DNA from: a virus
Lineage: Duplodnaviria > Caudoviricetes
Length of the DNA stretch: 64,000 bases
Direction: 5' to 3' (one strand)
Virus record (IMG/VR): IMGVR_UViG_3300021256_004135
Span: 39,596-103,595 of that record
The translations under genes and the position numbers were made by a program. Positions 18,592 through 28,069 of the stretch are shown piece by piece (the stretch's first letter is position 1; every line of letters begins with the position of its first letter). The notes beneath the pieces are model-generated. The model saw only the letters and a program-made list of their open reading frames with translations. It was not told the DNA's origin and ran no database searches.

Positions 18592-18897
18592 TTACTTTTT
18601 CTTACGGTAGAGTTTGAGGTCAGACTTCATGGCCACCTTGTGGAGCGGCCCCAGGGCGGTGTAGTAGTCGAGGTCAGCCATCAGCACGCGGTCGTCGCGG
18701 TCTTCCACCACCACATACCTTGTGTAGGCATCGGAGGGGTCAACCACGTCCTTGTACATCACCACGGCATCCTTCTCAATCTTCTTGTGGTTTGGAGCCT
18801 GCGCCAGCATCACGTCGCGCGCCTGCTCGTTGGTGAGGCTGCGGCGCAGATTGCGGTAGTCGGGGTTGGTCTCCCTTACGCTCATCATCTCTTTCAT
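18592..18897 (-). CDS. Hypothetical protein
   Basis: 101-aa ORF tightly packed in the operon. Confidence 0.6.
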   Translation of the reverse strand: MKEMMSVRETNPDYRNLRRSLTNEQARDVMLAQAPNHKKIEKDAVVMYKDVVDPSDAYTRYVVVEDRDDRVLMADLDYYTALGPLHKVAMKSDLKLYRKKK

Positions 18898-18908
18898 GGC
18901 CGTGGGGG

Positions 18909-19106
18909 TTATTGATGGCTTGCAGCCAGTTTTGCATAACTCTTCTCCGGCAGAAGGGAGCGGATGCCGTCGAGGACGTTGCCGCCGTTCAGCTCGGTCT
19001 CAATGGTCTCGTCGTACTCCGCGAGTTCCTGCGCGGTGAGGTCTTCCGGCACGAGGCCGTAGTCGCGGAGTTCGTCCTTGATTTGCTCTATGTGTTTCAG
19101 TTCCAT
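18909..19106 (-). CDS. Small acidic hypothetical protein
   Basis: 65-aa ORF tightly packed in the operon. Confidence 0.55.
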   Translation of the reverse strand: MELKHIEQIKDELRDYGLVPEDLTAQELAEYDETIETELNGGNVLDGIRSLLPEKSYAKLAASHQ

Positions 19107-19130
19107 CGTTGTGTTGTTTTATCGGTTTGA

Positions 19131-19721
19131 CTATCCTCTCTTCTTGGTGTACGACCAGCCGAATCGCTTGGCCAGCCGCTTGTTGATTTCATGGTAGTGG
19201 GTTATCGTGGCACGGTCGAGTTGGGAGTTGCCATAGTTTCGCTTGGCGATATACCTCTGACGGTCTCCAGTCACCTCGCGCTCTATCTCTCTGAACGCCT
19301 GCTGCACCTCTCTCGGAGTGACACCCCAGTAGCCTTTGGCAGGCCGCTTGATGGAGAAGGTGTAGGTCGGTGTGACGGCACGTATCTCCTTTGCGTTATG
19401 CCAGATGGCGGTCTTGATGTCGTCGAGGCTGAACGAGTTGCCTATGGCCATTACGCCCTTCTTGCCCAAGGCACGGGGGTGGTTGTGGGTGATGATGGAG
19501 TTCTTGGGGAGGTCTACGATGTTCTGCACCTTGTTACCTTTGCCATGGAAGCTCTTGACGAAGTTGCCCTTGCTGTCGAAGACGTGGAGTTCCTCGTCCT
19601 TCTTGCGGCGGATGCTGCGCTCTGTACCCAGTATGTTCTCGCGCATCAGCCTTGTGTATCCTTTCTCGGTCTCGCCGACGGAGGTGCCGTGTCCGCCGAC
19701 GGTGTACGGTTCTTTGCCCAT
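19131..19721 (-). CDS. JAB/MPN-like domain protein
   Basis: Upstream Glu plus THNHP...SFSLDD metal-binding pattern. Confidence 0.55.
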   Translation of the reverse strand: MGKEPYTVGGHGTSVGETEKGYTRLMRENILGTERSIRRKKDEELHVFDSKGNFVKSFHGKGNKVQNIVDLPKNSIITHNHPRALGKKGVMAIGNSFSLDDIKTAIWHNAKEIRAVTPTYTFSIKRPAKGYWGVTPREVQQAFREIEREVTGDRQRYIAKRNYGNSQLDRATITHYHEINKRLAKRFGWSYTKKRG

Positions 19722-19826
19722 ATCGTTTTATCTGTGTAGAGTTTCACTTTTCGTTGCTTTATAAAATTGAAAATGTGAAGTCTACACTGTAAAACTTCAC
19801 CCTTTGCGCCTCTCTCGGCTCACCGT

Positions 19827-19964
19827 CTAACGCATGATGCGCGGACGGCGGCGAGCGGCTGCGCCCATGCTGGACACACGTCCCTGCCAGTATCTCTCCT
19901 CGGTGCGGTAGCGCGTCACGCTGCCGTCGGGGTTCTGACGCTGGGCATAATACTCACGTGCCAT
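19827..19964 (-). CDS. 45-aa Arg-rich peptide (not in ORF track)
   Basis: MAREYYAQRQNPDGSVTRYRTEERYWQGRVSSMGAAARRRPRIMR, preceded by AAGGAGGT. Confidence 0.65.
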   Translation of the reverse strand: MAREYYAQRQNPDGSVTRYRTEERYWQGRVSSMGAAARRRPRIMR

Positions 19965-20015
19965 GATTACCTCCTTTTTTAATGGTTAGACAATTGGTTA
20001 TGGTTGAAAGGGGCA

Positions 20016-20462
20016 TTAAAGCCCCTTGCTGCTGACGATGTCGCAGACGTGAAACCAGAAGAACCACGGACGCTCTTCGGCAGGCAGTTTGGCGTACTGC
20101 TGCCACTCGTTGTCGTAGTCGTGGAATCCGAACTTCTCGCCCAGCATTTCAATGTCCTCTTTGCACATACACGCGAGACCGCAATAGTCAAGCAGCACGT
20201 CGAGAGAGTAACGACCGCCTCTGTCGTAGAAATGGATGGCGAAAATGTCCTTCATCGGCCATTCGCGCTTGTCGCCCTTGCCCTCGGCTTCGAGCTTAGC
20301 GTTGCGTTCAAGTTTCTTGGGGTCAAGAAACATCTCGCAGTTCTTGTTGGAGTAACTCCTGATTTCGACCGTCTTCTCGCCGCTGGCGATGGCCTTGGCG
20401 TGTGTCTTGTAGATGGTCAGGCTGTAAGCCTCTTCTTTCTGTCCGTTGAACTCAATCTGCAT
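20016..20462 (-). CDS. ASCH (PUA-like) domain protein
   Basis: SLTIYKTHAKAIASGEKTVEIRS = GxKxxExR ASCH signature. Confidence 0.8.
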   Translation of the reverse strand: MQIEFNGQKEEAYSLTIYKTHAKAIASGEKTVEIRSYSNKNCEMFLDPKKLERNAKLEAEGKGDKREWPMKDIFAIHFYDRGGRYSLDVLLDYCGLACMCKEDIEMLGEKFGFHDYDNEWQQYAKLPAEERPWFFWFHVCDIVSSKGL

Positions 20463-20706
20463 AACTTTTCATGTGTTATTTAATACAAATATTTACTGCA
20501 AAAGTACATATAATTTACTAATTACACAAATATTTTTGCAAAATATTTTGTATATAATTTTATTTCAGTTATTTATGTTTATAATATTATTGGCTTTAAT
20601 GGTAAATAATAGCCATTTTTGATGTCTTTTAGGGCTTAAATTTTACTAAAAGATAAATATTTTACCACGCCAGTAAACTGCCGCGTCGGAATATCCAGCA
20701 CAAGCC

Positions 20707-21141
20707 TTACGGCGGCTCGTTCTCCGTACCCTCTTCACCGCAGAGGGCATTGACGGCGGTCTCACACGCTTTGGAAGCGATGATCCTGAAGGCAGGGTCG
20801 TTGAAGTAGAGGAAGGCCAACGTGCCTCGGTAGTAGCTCAACAGCCGCGTGTCCATGTTGAGGTAGCGTCGCGCGTAGCGGCGGATGGTGCGATTGTTCT
20901 TAGAAACGCTGCGGAAGAGGTTGTGGGGCTGGATGAGGTAGAAGGCGGTGTAGAGTTCCGCACGGGTGGCCAGCCCCTTTTCAACTCCATCCAGGACGGC
21001 GGCACAGGCGTTGTGCATCTTCTCCATCTCGCCGTCGGTGAGCGCGCATTGCGCGAAGACATTCCGCTCCAGTCCTTTCAGTTGCTCGTGGATGACATAC
21101 AAGTGGAGCATGGTCTTGATGTCGTAAATCTTTTTCTTCAT
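20707..21141 (-). CDS. Hypothetical phage protein
   Basis: 144-aa ORF in the phage-core run. Confidence 0.65.
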   Translation of the reverse strand: MKKKIYDIKTMLHLYVIHEQLKGLERNVFAQCALTDGEMEKMHNACAAVLDGVEKGLATRAELYTAFYLIQPHNLFRSVSKNNRTIRRYARRYLNMDTRLLSYYRGTLAFLYFNDPAFRIIASKACETAVNALCGEEGTENEPP

Positions 21142-21162
21142 CTTTGTTATTGTTGTTGATTG

Positions 21163-21564
21163 TTAGCGGTTTGATTGTGCGGGTATGGCCATCCTCGCCA
21201 TCTCCTCCACCCTCTTGGCGATGGTAGTGCGCAGGGTGACGATGGTGGCGTGGGTCATCAGCTGCTGGGGAGTGAATTTCAGCACCACCCATCCCATCTC
21301 GGCGGCAGCGTTGAACTTCTCCATATCCTTTATATACCCCTGGGGTCGGTTGTGACGACCATAGCCCCACACGCCTCCGTCGCACTCGACGGCTATCTTG
21401 AGGGCTGGCACAGCATAGTCGAAACGCCACTTGCGGGTGCCGTGGAAGCGGTACTCACGCACCATATCCACATTAAGCTCTGACTTGCAGTAGGCGGTAA
21501 AGAGGTCTGTTGGGGCGGTGTCGGAGCCGCTGATCCTGCGGCGGTGTGGATTGCGGTATATCAT
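21163..21564 (-). CDS. PD-(D/E)xK-like endonuclease (DUF559/Vsr-like)
   Basis: EYRFH..RKWRFDYA..IAVECDGG..H...DMEKFNAA..GW. Confidence 0.8.
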   Translation of the reverse strand: MIYRNPHRRRISGSDTAPTDLFTAYCKSELNVDMVREYRFHGTRKWRFDYAVPALKIAVECDGGVWGYGRHNRPQGYIKDMEKFNAAAEMGWVVLKFTPQQLMTHATIVTLRTTIAKRVEEMARMAIPAQSNR

Positions 21565-21755
21565 TTGCCGCCTCCCTCCTCGATACGAACACGGAGATAC
21601 ATATCCCCGTCGTTGCAGTGGTCAATGACCTCAATGTGTTTGAGGCGGAGCCTGACGGCCTCCTCCAGGGCGAGCCGGAAGGCGCAGACGCTCCTCCGCT
21701 CGCAGCCGACACCTTTGCAGTGCCGGTAGTCATGGTTGAATCTGATGTTTGCCAT
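21561..21755 (-). CDS. Small Cys-rich phage protein
   Basis: HCKGVGCERRSVC; 4-nt overlap with the next gene. Confidence 0.55.
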   Translation of the reverse strand: MANIRFNHDYRHCKGVGCERRSVCAFRLALEEAVRLRLKHIEVIDHCNDGDMYLRVRIEEGGGK

Positions 21756-21983
21756 AGGAAAATGTGTTATGTTTTTTGCTTGAAATGCTGTTTTTGGTGC
21801 CAAAATCTGGGCGCAAAAAATGATATTTTTTGAAAAAAGTTTGCAAGTTACTGGTTTTCAGTATAGGTTTTTTGACTCGTGATTGGAGTTATCTCATTTT
21901 TATTGTGTACTTTTGCATCGTGAAATCAAAGAGTAAATAATCACATAGAAGTTGCGCCCGACACGGACAAGGGTATATATATT

Positions 21984-22349
21984 ATGGAGAAAGCACTAAA
22001 AAGAATGACCGCAGCGGAACTGGAACTCGCCAAGCCCGAACATCTGGCCAAACGGTCGGCCATGCCGAAGTATGAGAAGCGCGGCATCCGCTTCACCGAC
22101 GTGATGGTGGAGCCTGGCGGACGCTACCGCTACGACATCGTGACCGTCAACGGAATCAAGGCCGAGCGTATTACCATGCACGAGTTGAACTCCATGCTCG
22201 GAATAGGAACTGAACGCATACGCGCTGGTGTTCAAATCAAAAAACACGATGAGCAATTGCTGCTGCGTCTCCGCCAGTATCAAGAGAAGTGGCCAGACCT
22301 ATGCAAATACATCAAGGCCAACGATGCCAAATGGCAGGATATAGAATAA
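21984..22349 (+). CDS. Hypothetical protein
   Basis: ORF with tacttttgc promoter (~21908) and downstream terminator. Confidence 0.65.
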   Translation: MEKALKRMTAAELELAKPEHLAKRSAMPKYEKRGIRFTDVMVEPGGRYRYDIVTVNGIKAERITMHELNSMLGIGTERIRAGVQIKKHDEQLLLRLRQYQEKWPDLCKYIKANDAKWQDIE

Positions 22350-22393
22350 GTTGTTTTTAAGTTGTTTTAGTTACGCCATAACTTGACAACAGA

Positions 22394-22424
22394 AAAGGGT
22401 CTGCTTTATAGGAGCAGGCCCTTT
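22394..22424. terminator. Probable bidirectional terminator
   Basis: aaagggtctgct-N7-agcaggcccttt between convergent genes. Confidence 0.65.
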
Positions 22425-22450
22425 CGGTTTATAATATATGATAAAAGAAA

Positions 22451-22711
22451 TCAGCCTTTCACAGCTTTGTCGATGACATCCTCTTCCACCAGCCTAACGC
22501 CGCATTCTGGACAGCAGCCGAGGGCTTCGGCCTTGTATGTTCCGCCGCAGTCGCAATCCATATCCACCGCCCAGCCGAGGCTAAAATCAACATTCATCGG
22601 CTTACCGCAGCGGTCGCAGTAAAGTGTTCCCTTGCCAAGGACTCCTATGCCATAGTTCCGCTCGAACTTGTGGCCACATTTGTGGCAGTGCAGTTTGCTC
22701 GTCACTCCCAT
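22451..22711 (-). CDS. Small multi-CxxC zinc-ribbon protein (paralogue A)
   Basis: CHKCG, CDRCG, CDCGG, CPECG. Confidence 0.7.
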   Translation of the reverse strand: MGVTSKLHCHKCGHKFERNYGIGVLGKGTLYCDRCGKPMNVDFSLGWAVDMDCDCGGTYKAEALGCCPECGVRLVEEDVIDKAVKG

Positions 22712-22715
22712 ATCT

Positions 22716-23243
22716 CTATAGCTCAAAGGTTTTTATCTCGCAGTTCCCCAAGGTGTATGAGGCGAACTCCTCGTTCTCCATCGGCTGGAAGTAGTTGGTG
22801 AAGACGCGACAGATGCCGTTGTGAGCCACCACAAGGGCATCCTCGTTCCGCTGTTTCAGCATCTCTATGAAAGGATACACTCTGGCTGCGACATCAAGGT
22901 AAGACTCACCGCCCTCGTAGCGTTTGAAGTATTTTCGTTTCTCCGACTGGTATTCGGCATTGGTGCGGACAGTTCCCTCGTATTTGCCAAAGTTCATCTC
23001 GTTGATACTTGCGCAGACCTCCAGACGGCAGTCCTTGTGTCTGTCGGCCACCATCATGCCCGTGACCATAGCGCGCTGGAGCTGCGAGGTGTAGACCACA
23101 TCCAAGTGGACGTTAGCCATCTCCTCGGCCAACTTTTCGGCTTGACGGATGCCATTGTCGTTGAGCGGAATGTCCGTCATCCCCTGCACCCAGTCCTTCA
23201 CATTCCAGATGGTCTCTCCGTGCCTTGTCAAATATATCTTCAT
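22716..23243 (-). CDS. Histidine phosphatase (phosphoglycerate mutase family)
   Basis: RHGET, SQLQRA, GES, VAHNG. Confidence 0.9.
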   Translation of the reverse strand: MKIYLTRHGETIWNVKDWVQGMTDIPLNDNGIRQAEKLAEEMANVHLDVVYTSQLQRAMVTGMMVADRHKDCRLEVCASINEMNFGKYEGTVRTNAEYQSEKRKYFKRYEGGESYLDVAARVYPFIEMLKQRNEDALVVAHNGICRVFTNYFQPMENEEFASYTLGNCEIKTFEL

Positions 23244-23256
23244 AATTTCCTCCAGC

Positions 23257-24183
23257 TCACCATTTCCTTAAATCAGACGAACTCTCCACCACATCTTCAA
23301 TATCATCAGGAAGGTTATAGAAGAAATCCATCCCAGTCACCTTCTCCACCTCATCCACACTTAACAGATAATAATCGAGTGGATGGCCTTCTCCATCATT
23401 CTTGTATATGAAGCCCATCGCTTGTGGTTTCTTCCCAAGTCTCAACACAACTTTGAAGAAAGCATCGGGAACACCTACTTTATTAGCACCCATCGTGGCA
23501 TAGTCATCACTATAGAAAATGGGGCCAGTTGCAATGTATACCTCTCCGTAGTGCTTTGCCCAGCCACGGCACCTTCTTTCAAGATACTCCCAATTATTCT
23601 GATTTAAGGTGCTGTTTTGTGGACACATATTAGTCAGCAGGAAAGATTGGTGCATGGCATCCCTGCTCCACTTATTATCACCTGCAGGACATAGATGTCC
23701 GTGGTCGATAGGAAGCCCCGTATTATACCAGTCACTCAACTCCTGCCTTCCGCCTTCCACCTCCATATCTTCGTAATATGGAACACCTTTTCTGCTAAAA
23801 GGACCATCAACGTGTTCACGGGTCAACTTCCAGGCAACCCAGTTGGCATTCTTGGTCTGATTGTTGTAGGAGGTGATATAACCAACCCGTTTCAGCATCT
23901 GTTCCGGCCGTTTTACAGTCATCCGAGGAAGTTCAATCCTATATAAGTCCTCATCGGTAAGAGTCTCATTAACTTGCAGGGTTGGAGTATCATCTACTTT
24001 GTCATCCTCGACCGCAGATGCACTGACGGCATTCACCTCATCCTCATTCCAACTTTTCTCACTGCTCACGAATGGAGCAATCTCATCCAAGTCATCAGCA
24101 GAATCACTGCTTGGACTGACAAGTTTAATGATAAAGGCAAGGAGAATAATGCCGGAGAACGTAAATATGAGAACTTTTTTCAT
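23257..24183 (-). CDS. DNA/RNA non-specific endonuclease (NucA-like) with N-terminal membrane anchor
   Basis: DHGHLCP, TNMCPQ, LNQNNW, VPDAFFKV. Confidence 0.9.
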   Translation of the reverse strand: MKKVLIFTFSGIILLAFIIKLVSPSSDSADDLDEIAPFVSSEKSWNEDEVNAVSASAVEDDKVDDTPTLQVNETLTDEDLYRIELPRMTVKRPEQMLKRVGYITSYNNQTKNANWVAWKLTREHVDGPFSRKGVPYYEDMEVEGGRQELSDWYNTGLPIDHGHLCPAGDNKWSRDAMHQSFLLTNMCPQNSTLNQNNWEYLERRCRGWAKHYGEVYIATGPIFYSDDYATMGANKVGVPDAFFKVVLRLGKKPQAMGFIYKNDGEGHPLDYYLLSVDEVEKVTGMDFFYNLPDDIEDVVESSSDLRKW

Positions 24184-24195
24184 ACCGCATCATTA

Positions 24196-25698
24196 TTACA
24201 GCGCATACACAGCCAGAAAAAATCCCTTACTATCCTTCCACATATTCCATCCATTCACGGTTTTCCCCATCACAACAGATGCAGCATATATCGGGTCTTT
24301 GAATATCTCATCAGCCTTTAACCTATAGCCAGTCCTTTCACGGGTGCAATTCTCATTTATGACATTTACTCTCAAACGTCCGACAGCAGATTGGTCAAAT
24401 TTTGCCGCTTTAGTGGTAAGTGACAGCAGGCTTCCTTCTTTAATCGTGAATTGTCCAGAAGTCGGGTCGTAATAGCCTTTTGCATCATACACATCCGATT
24501 CTCCGATAGAAGTTCTCAAATAGAATGCGTGAGCGCCCCATCTGATTTTTGGCCTCTCGGAAGTATCATTACCATTGCTGCTCTGCGATGGTTTCTTCAC
24601 AGCGGAATCTGGCGTTCCTCCTATAAAGAAATAGTTAGGATAATAATCTTTCAGATACTTTCCGTTGCTATCTTTCCAAAGCGTATAATCAACCTCCCTA
24701 CCCGTAACATATCGAGCAGCAGCAGTTGCGCTGATACACTTTGCGTCCTTTATTACCTTCCAGCCTCTTGCCGTTTTCTCGCAGGATTTATCGAGGAATC
24801 TCTGTCGCTTCGGCGTTATTTCAAGACCCTCGTCCACAATACTGCCGGCACAAACATAGAATACTCCGTCCTCTGGCAGAAAATAGCCATTTGCATTACA
24901 TTCGCCAAGCAACAAATTAAAAATATGTTGCGAGGGCTTGGCTTTGGGTTGGGAAATCGTTGGGACTTCTTCTTTCTTATTCTTTCTTGGTGCGCCAAAG
25001 GCAAATTCAAGTTGTTCATTTGGATTGGCCTCCGAAGAATGAATGAGGATTTTTTTATACGCAGGATCATCCACCAATGACCGCCCATCATCATCCACCC
25101 ACATTTCAACGGATGACTTCTCCCCAAGATACCAACTTGCCGCATTGGATGCCGACTCATATTTTCGATTTGACTTCTCATAACAGAACCCATCCTTTCT
25201 CTCATACTTCATAAACTTCCAAAAGTCATGTTCTGTTGAGCCAGTTTTATTCAATTCTTCTGAAAAGAATGAATTTTCCAGTACAATAAACTCTCCATTA
25301 CCCAACGCGCTCAAATACCCTGCCGCGTATGAAACCACCTGTCCATTCTCTTCTTTCTTGATATAATACAGATGGTGGCCGGCATTATATTCGGAATAAA
25401 TTGTCCTCTCTAAAATCAATACACGATATGGAATGAGAGTAATATTGTCAAACGGCAACGGTTTCTTCCTTATCCCATCACGGAGATGACGCAACATTAC
25501 CGTACTATTAGTATAGTGTATCTTTTTGTGATAAAAGACATCCCCAGCATAGTATTTCAAAAGCGACGATTTCGGCTCTGCCAGAATTTGAGTTCTCAAC
25601 GAATCATACTCTTCTTCGTCAAAAAGCATCTTCCGAGATACTGGCCCGTGCAGTTTCTCATACTCGGCATTTATGTCAAAATCCTCGTCCATCATCAC
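24196..25698 (-). CDS. Protein with three DUF4357-like repeats
   Basis: Three repeats of G..F.V..(G/N)S.....AA...G.....W.D..G..L; ATGA overlap with the zorB-like gene. Confidence 0.7.
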   Translation of the reverse strand: MMMDEDFDINAEYEKLHGPVSRKMLFDEEEYDSLRTQILAEPKSSLLKYYAGDVFYHKKIHYTNSTVMLRHLRDGIRKKPLPFDNITLIPYRVLILERTIYSEYNAGHHLYYIKKEENGQVVSYAAGYLSALGNGEFIVLENSFFSEELNKTGSTEHDFWKFMKYERKDGFCYEKSNRKYESASNAASWYLGEKSSVEMWVDDDGRSLVDDPAYKKILIHSSEANPNEQLEFAFGAPRKNKKEEVPTISQPKAKPSQHIFNLLLGECNANGYFLPEDGVFYVCAGSIVDEGLEITPKRQRFLDKSCEKTARGWKVIKDAKCISATAAARYVTGREVDYTLWKDSNGKYLKDYYPNYFFIGGTPDSAVKKPSQSSNGNDTSERPKIRWGAHAFYLRTSIGESDVYDAKGYYDPTSGQFTIKEGSLLSLTTKAAKFDQSAVGRLRVNVINENCTRERTGYRLKADEIFKDPIYAASVVMGKTVNGWNMWKDSKGFFLAVYAL

Positions 25699-26489
25699 TT
25701 GTTTTTCGATTTCGATTCTCCCTTGACCTCTTCTATCTTTGCCTTCGTCACGTCAATGTTACCGATAACTGGAACTATATGGATAAGGAAACGCTGATTT
25801 TTCTCCTCTATCGAATTAAACATCCGTTTATATTCCACGGGATTTGGATACTGCGCCCTCAAAGCCTCTTCGTCCGGCACATATCTTGGAACACCACCCT
25901 CGCCGCTGCCGGATATGATAACCTGACATTGGGGAGACTCAAGGTCGATGCCGTTGGCTTTCCAGAACTCATTGAGATACTGGGCGCGGAGGTATGACAA
26001 TGTGTAGTTGTTCATCCAGTCGTTTGCGTGGTAGGGCATTCTCGATGCCTGACCTTCTATGATGACCAGGAACTTTATGTTATCCGATGCACTATCTGAT
26101 TGTTCAAGTGAGGAAATAGTCTTTTTCACCAACTGACCAGCCGCTATAATACTGTCGCGAATGGAATTGGCCTTTTCGACATTATTAGTACCGTCATACA
26201 GCAGTTTGTGCTGAATATCATACTCTCGTGTCTGATACTGAACATCAACTGTGAACAGATGTTTCAGGTATTGCTTATTGTAGCCAAAATAGCTGGTGGA
26301 GTCGATGGCACTGACTGTAGAATAAACGGTGATGATATTCTCGTATTCATCCACAAGGCTCTGAAGTTGCTTCTCCTTGACTTTGAAACGACTGAATGAC
26401 ACAGCAAACAACACCAACATGATGGCGAACAAAGTCGTCATCACATCAACGTAACTTGGCCAAAAATGTCCGCTGTCCTTACTGTCCAT
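25695..26489 (-). CDS. ZorB/MotB-like protein (TM Asp plus OmpA-like peptidoglycan-binding domain)
   Basis: FWPSYVDVMTTLF; IEGQAS...NYTLSYLRA...G.G...NQR. Confidence 0.8.
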   Translation of the reverse strand: MDSKDSGHFWPSYVDVMTTLFAIMLVLFAVSFSRFKVKEKQLQSLVDEYENIITVYSTVSAIDSTSYFGYNKQYLKHLFTVDVQYQTREYDIQHKLLYDGTNNVEKANSIRDSIIAAGQLVKKTISSLEQSDSASDNIKFLVIIEGQASRMPYHANDWMNNYTLSYLRAQYLNEFWKANGIDLESPQCQVIISGSGEGGVPRYVPDEEALRAQYPNPVEYKRMFNSIEEKNQRFLIHIVPVIGNIDVTKAKIEEVKGESKSKNK

Positions 26490-28065
26490 CGTTCTGTCTC
26501 CTACCGAAATTGAAGATTCCGCCGCCTCTGCGCTGGCTATCGTCTAACTTCTTCAACTCACCCTGAATGCCATCCAACTTCTTTTCGATACCAGCAATAT
26601 TTCCAGCATTCACTGGGTCTTTTGCAATAATACGGAGTTGGTCGATAATGTCGTTTATCTTTTTCAGGTTAGAAAACTCTGAACGAATATCTTCAATATT
26701 GAATTTGGCCTGCAACGCAGCCAACAACTCATTATGCCACTTCTCCAACTCGGCTGTTTGGTCGGCAATCATTTGTTCAAATCCCTGGGCATGACCCTCA
26801 ATTGCCTCACGATACCGGCGGTTCATCTCACCAAGCACCTTGGTCTGCTCCGTGTAAAGGTCTTCCAGTTTACCATCAGCCATCTCAAGGAATCTGTCGG
26901 CAATCTTACCCTTCTTGGAAATACCTTTCACCTGACGTTCTATCTCTTCAATCACTTCATTGCCAAGAATGTCACGCCGACGGAGTGCATCACCGGCCTT
27001 ATTAACGCTATCCTCAAAGTTCTTAATGCGGTCAAGAATCTGGTTAAGGCGGACGACAATTTCTCTGGGTATCTTCAACGACTCGGAATACTGATCCTGA
27101 ATGGCGATAGCCTCCTGCGCTGCCGCAAGCATCATCCGGCGAGCCTCCTCAAACTTATTGAGAGATTGGGTAATACTTACGAAGTGATTTGCCGCTTCAA
27201 TATACTTCTCCATTCCAGTAATCAGTTCCTTGCTCTTGAATGTGTCAAGCAACTTCTGCTGGAGAGCAATGTTAGCGTTAATCTTGTCCATGTTCTGTCC
27301 CATGGTATTCACGGCACTCGTCACAGCACTCACATTCTGCTTGAAGTCTTCTCCGAATGCACGTGTCACCTCTGCGAAAGCAGACTTAAACCCATCAATA
27401 ACAACAGTAAAAGCGGGCTGGAAGGTATCAACCGTATCGTGGAGTTTGCTGATAGCAGAAACAAGACTTGCGCTGGCAGTCTTGGTGACATCCGTCTGGA
27501 TGAAGTCGAAGAAATCGTTCTTGTCATCCTCTACCTTCTTGCGAGCAGTTCCTGCCTTGGCATTGTTATATGTTGTCAAGACAAGACCACTCAAACTGGT
27601 GCTCATTGAAATAAGAACACCAGTCAAAAGGTTTTTGATAGATTCATCACCAAAGTTTACTCCGTCATACCCCACCAGAAACATCAAAATGCCAATGAAA
27701 ACGCCCAAGAACGTACCCATTAGACCGATGTATGTCGGGAACGACTGGTAAACTGTAGACTGGTCGTATCGGAGGTTGATTTTTCGTTCTACCTTATTTT
27801 GGATAAACTGATAGTCGGATGTGCCTTTTGTTTTGAAAAGGTATACGTTTATCTCCTTTATAAGTTCATTCAAATCGGAATCACCTTTTCCAACAAGGTG
27901 TATTTGTGGGTATTCCTCCCCATTAAGTGATAATATTTCAGAGCCATAATCTCTTTCTCTGTCGAAGAAGTTGGAAAAGCGGCTCCTACACTTCCCTGTA
28001 TCCAGAAAGAAATATAACTGGATAGCAAAGAATATGAGGAACAATACGATAGATACTACATACAT
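26479..28065 (-). CDS. ZorA/MotA-like protein (3 TM plus long helical tail)
   Basis: FPTYIGLMGTFLG and ISMSTSLSGL MotA/TolQ/ExbB helices, then ~350 aa of coiled-coil-like sequence. Confidence 0.8.
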   Translation of the reverse strand: MYVVSIVLFLIFFAIQLYFFLDTGKCRSRFSNFFDRERDYGSEILSLNGEEYPQIHLVGKGDSDLNELIKEINVYLFKTKGTSDYQFIQNKVERKINLRYDQSTVYQSFPTYIGLMGTFLGVFIGILMFLVGYDGVNFGDESIKNLLTGVLISMSTSLSGLVLTTYNNAKAGTARKKVEDDKNDFFDFIQTDVTKTASASLVSAISKLHDTVDTFQPAFTVVIDGFKSAFAEVTRAFGEDFKQNVSAVTSAVNTMGQNMDKINANIALQQKLLDTFKSKELITGMEKYIEAANHFVSITQSLNKFEEARRMMLAAAQEAIAIQDQYSESLKIPREIVVRLNQILDRIKNFEDSVNKAGDALRRRDILGNEVIEEIERQVKGISKKGKIADRFLEMADGKLEDLYTEQTKVLGEMNRRYREAIEGHAQGFEQMIADQTAELEKWHNELLAALQAKFNIEDIRSEFSNLKKINDIIDQLRIIAKDPVNAGNIAGIEKKLDGIQGELKKLDDSQRRGGGIFNFGRRQNDGQ

Positions 28066-28069
28066 GGCA

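Noticed and set aside
25695-28065. Flagellar MotAB or ExbBD/TolQR assignment
   Set aside because: No flagellar, TonB or Tol genes nearby; the long helical tail and OmpA-like domain fit ZorAB-like proteins better
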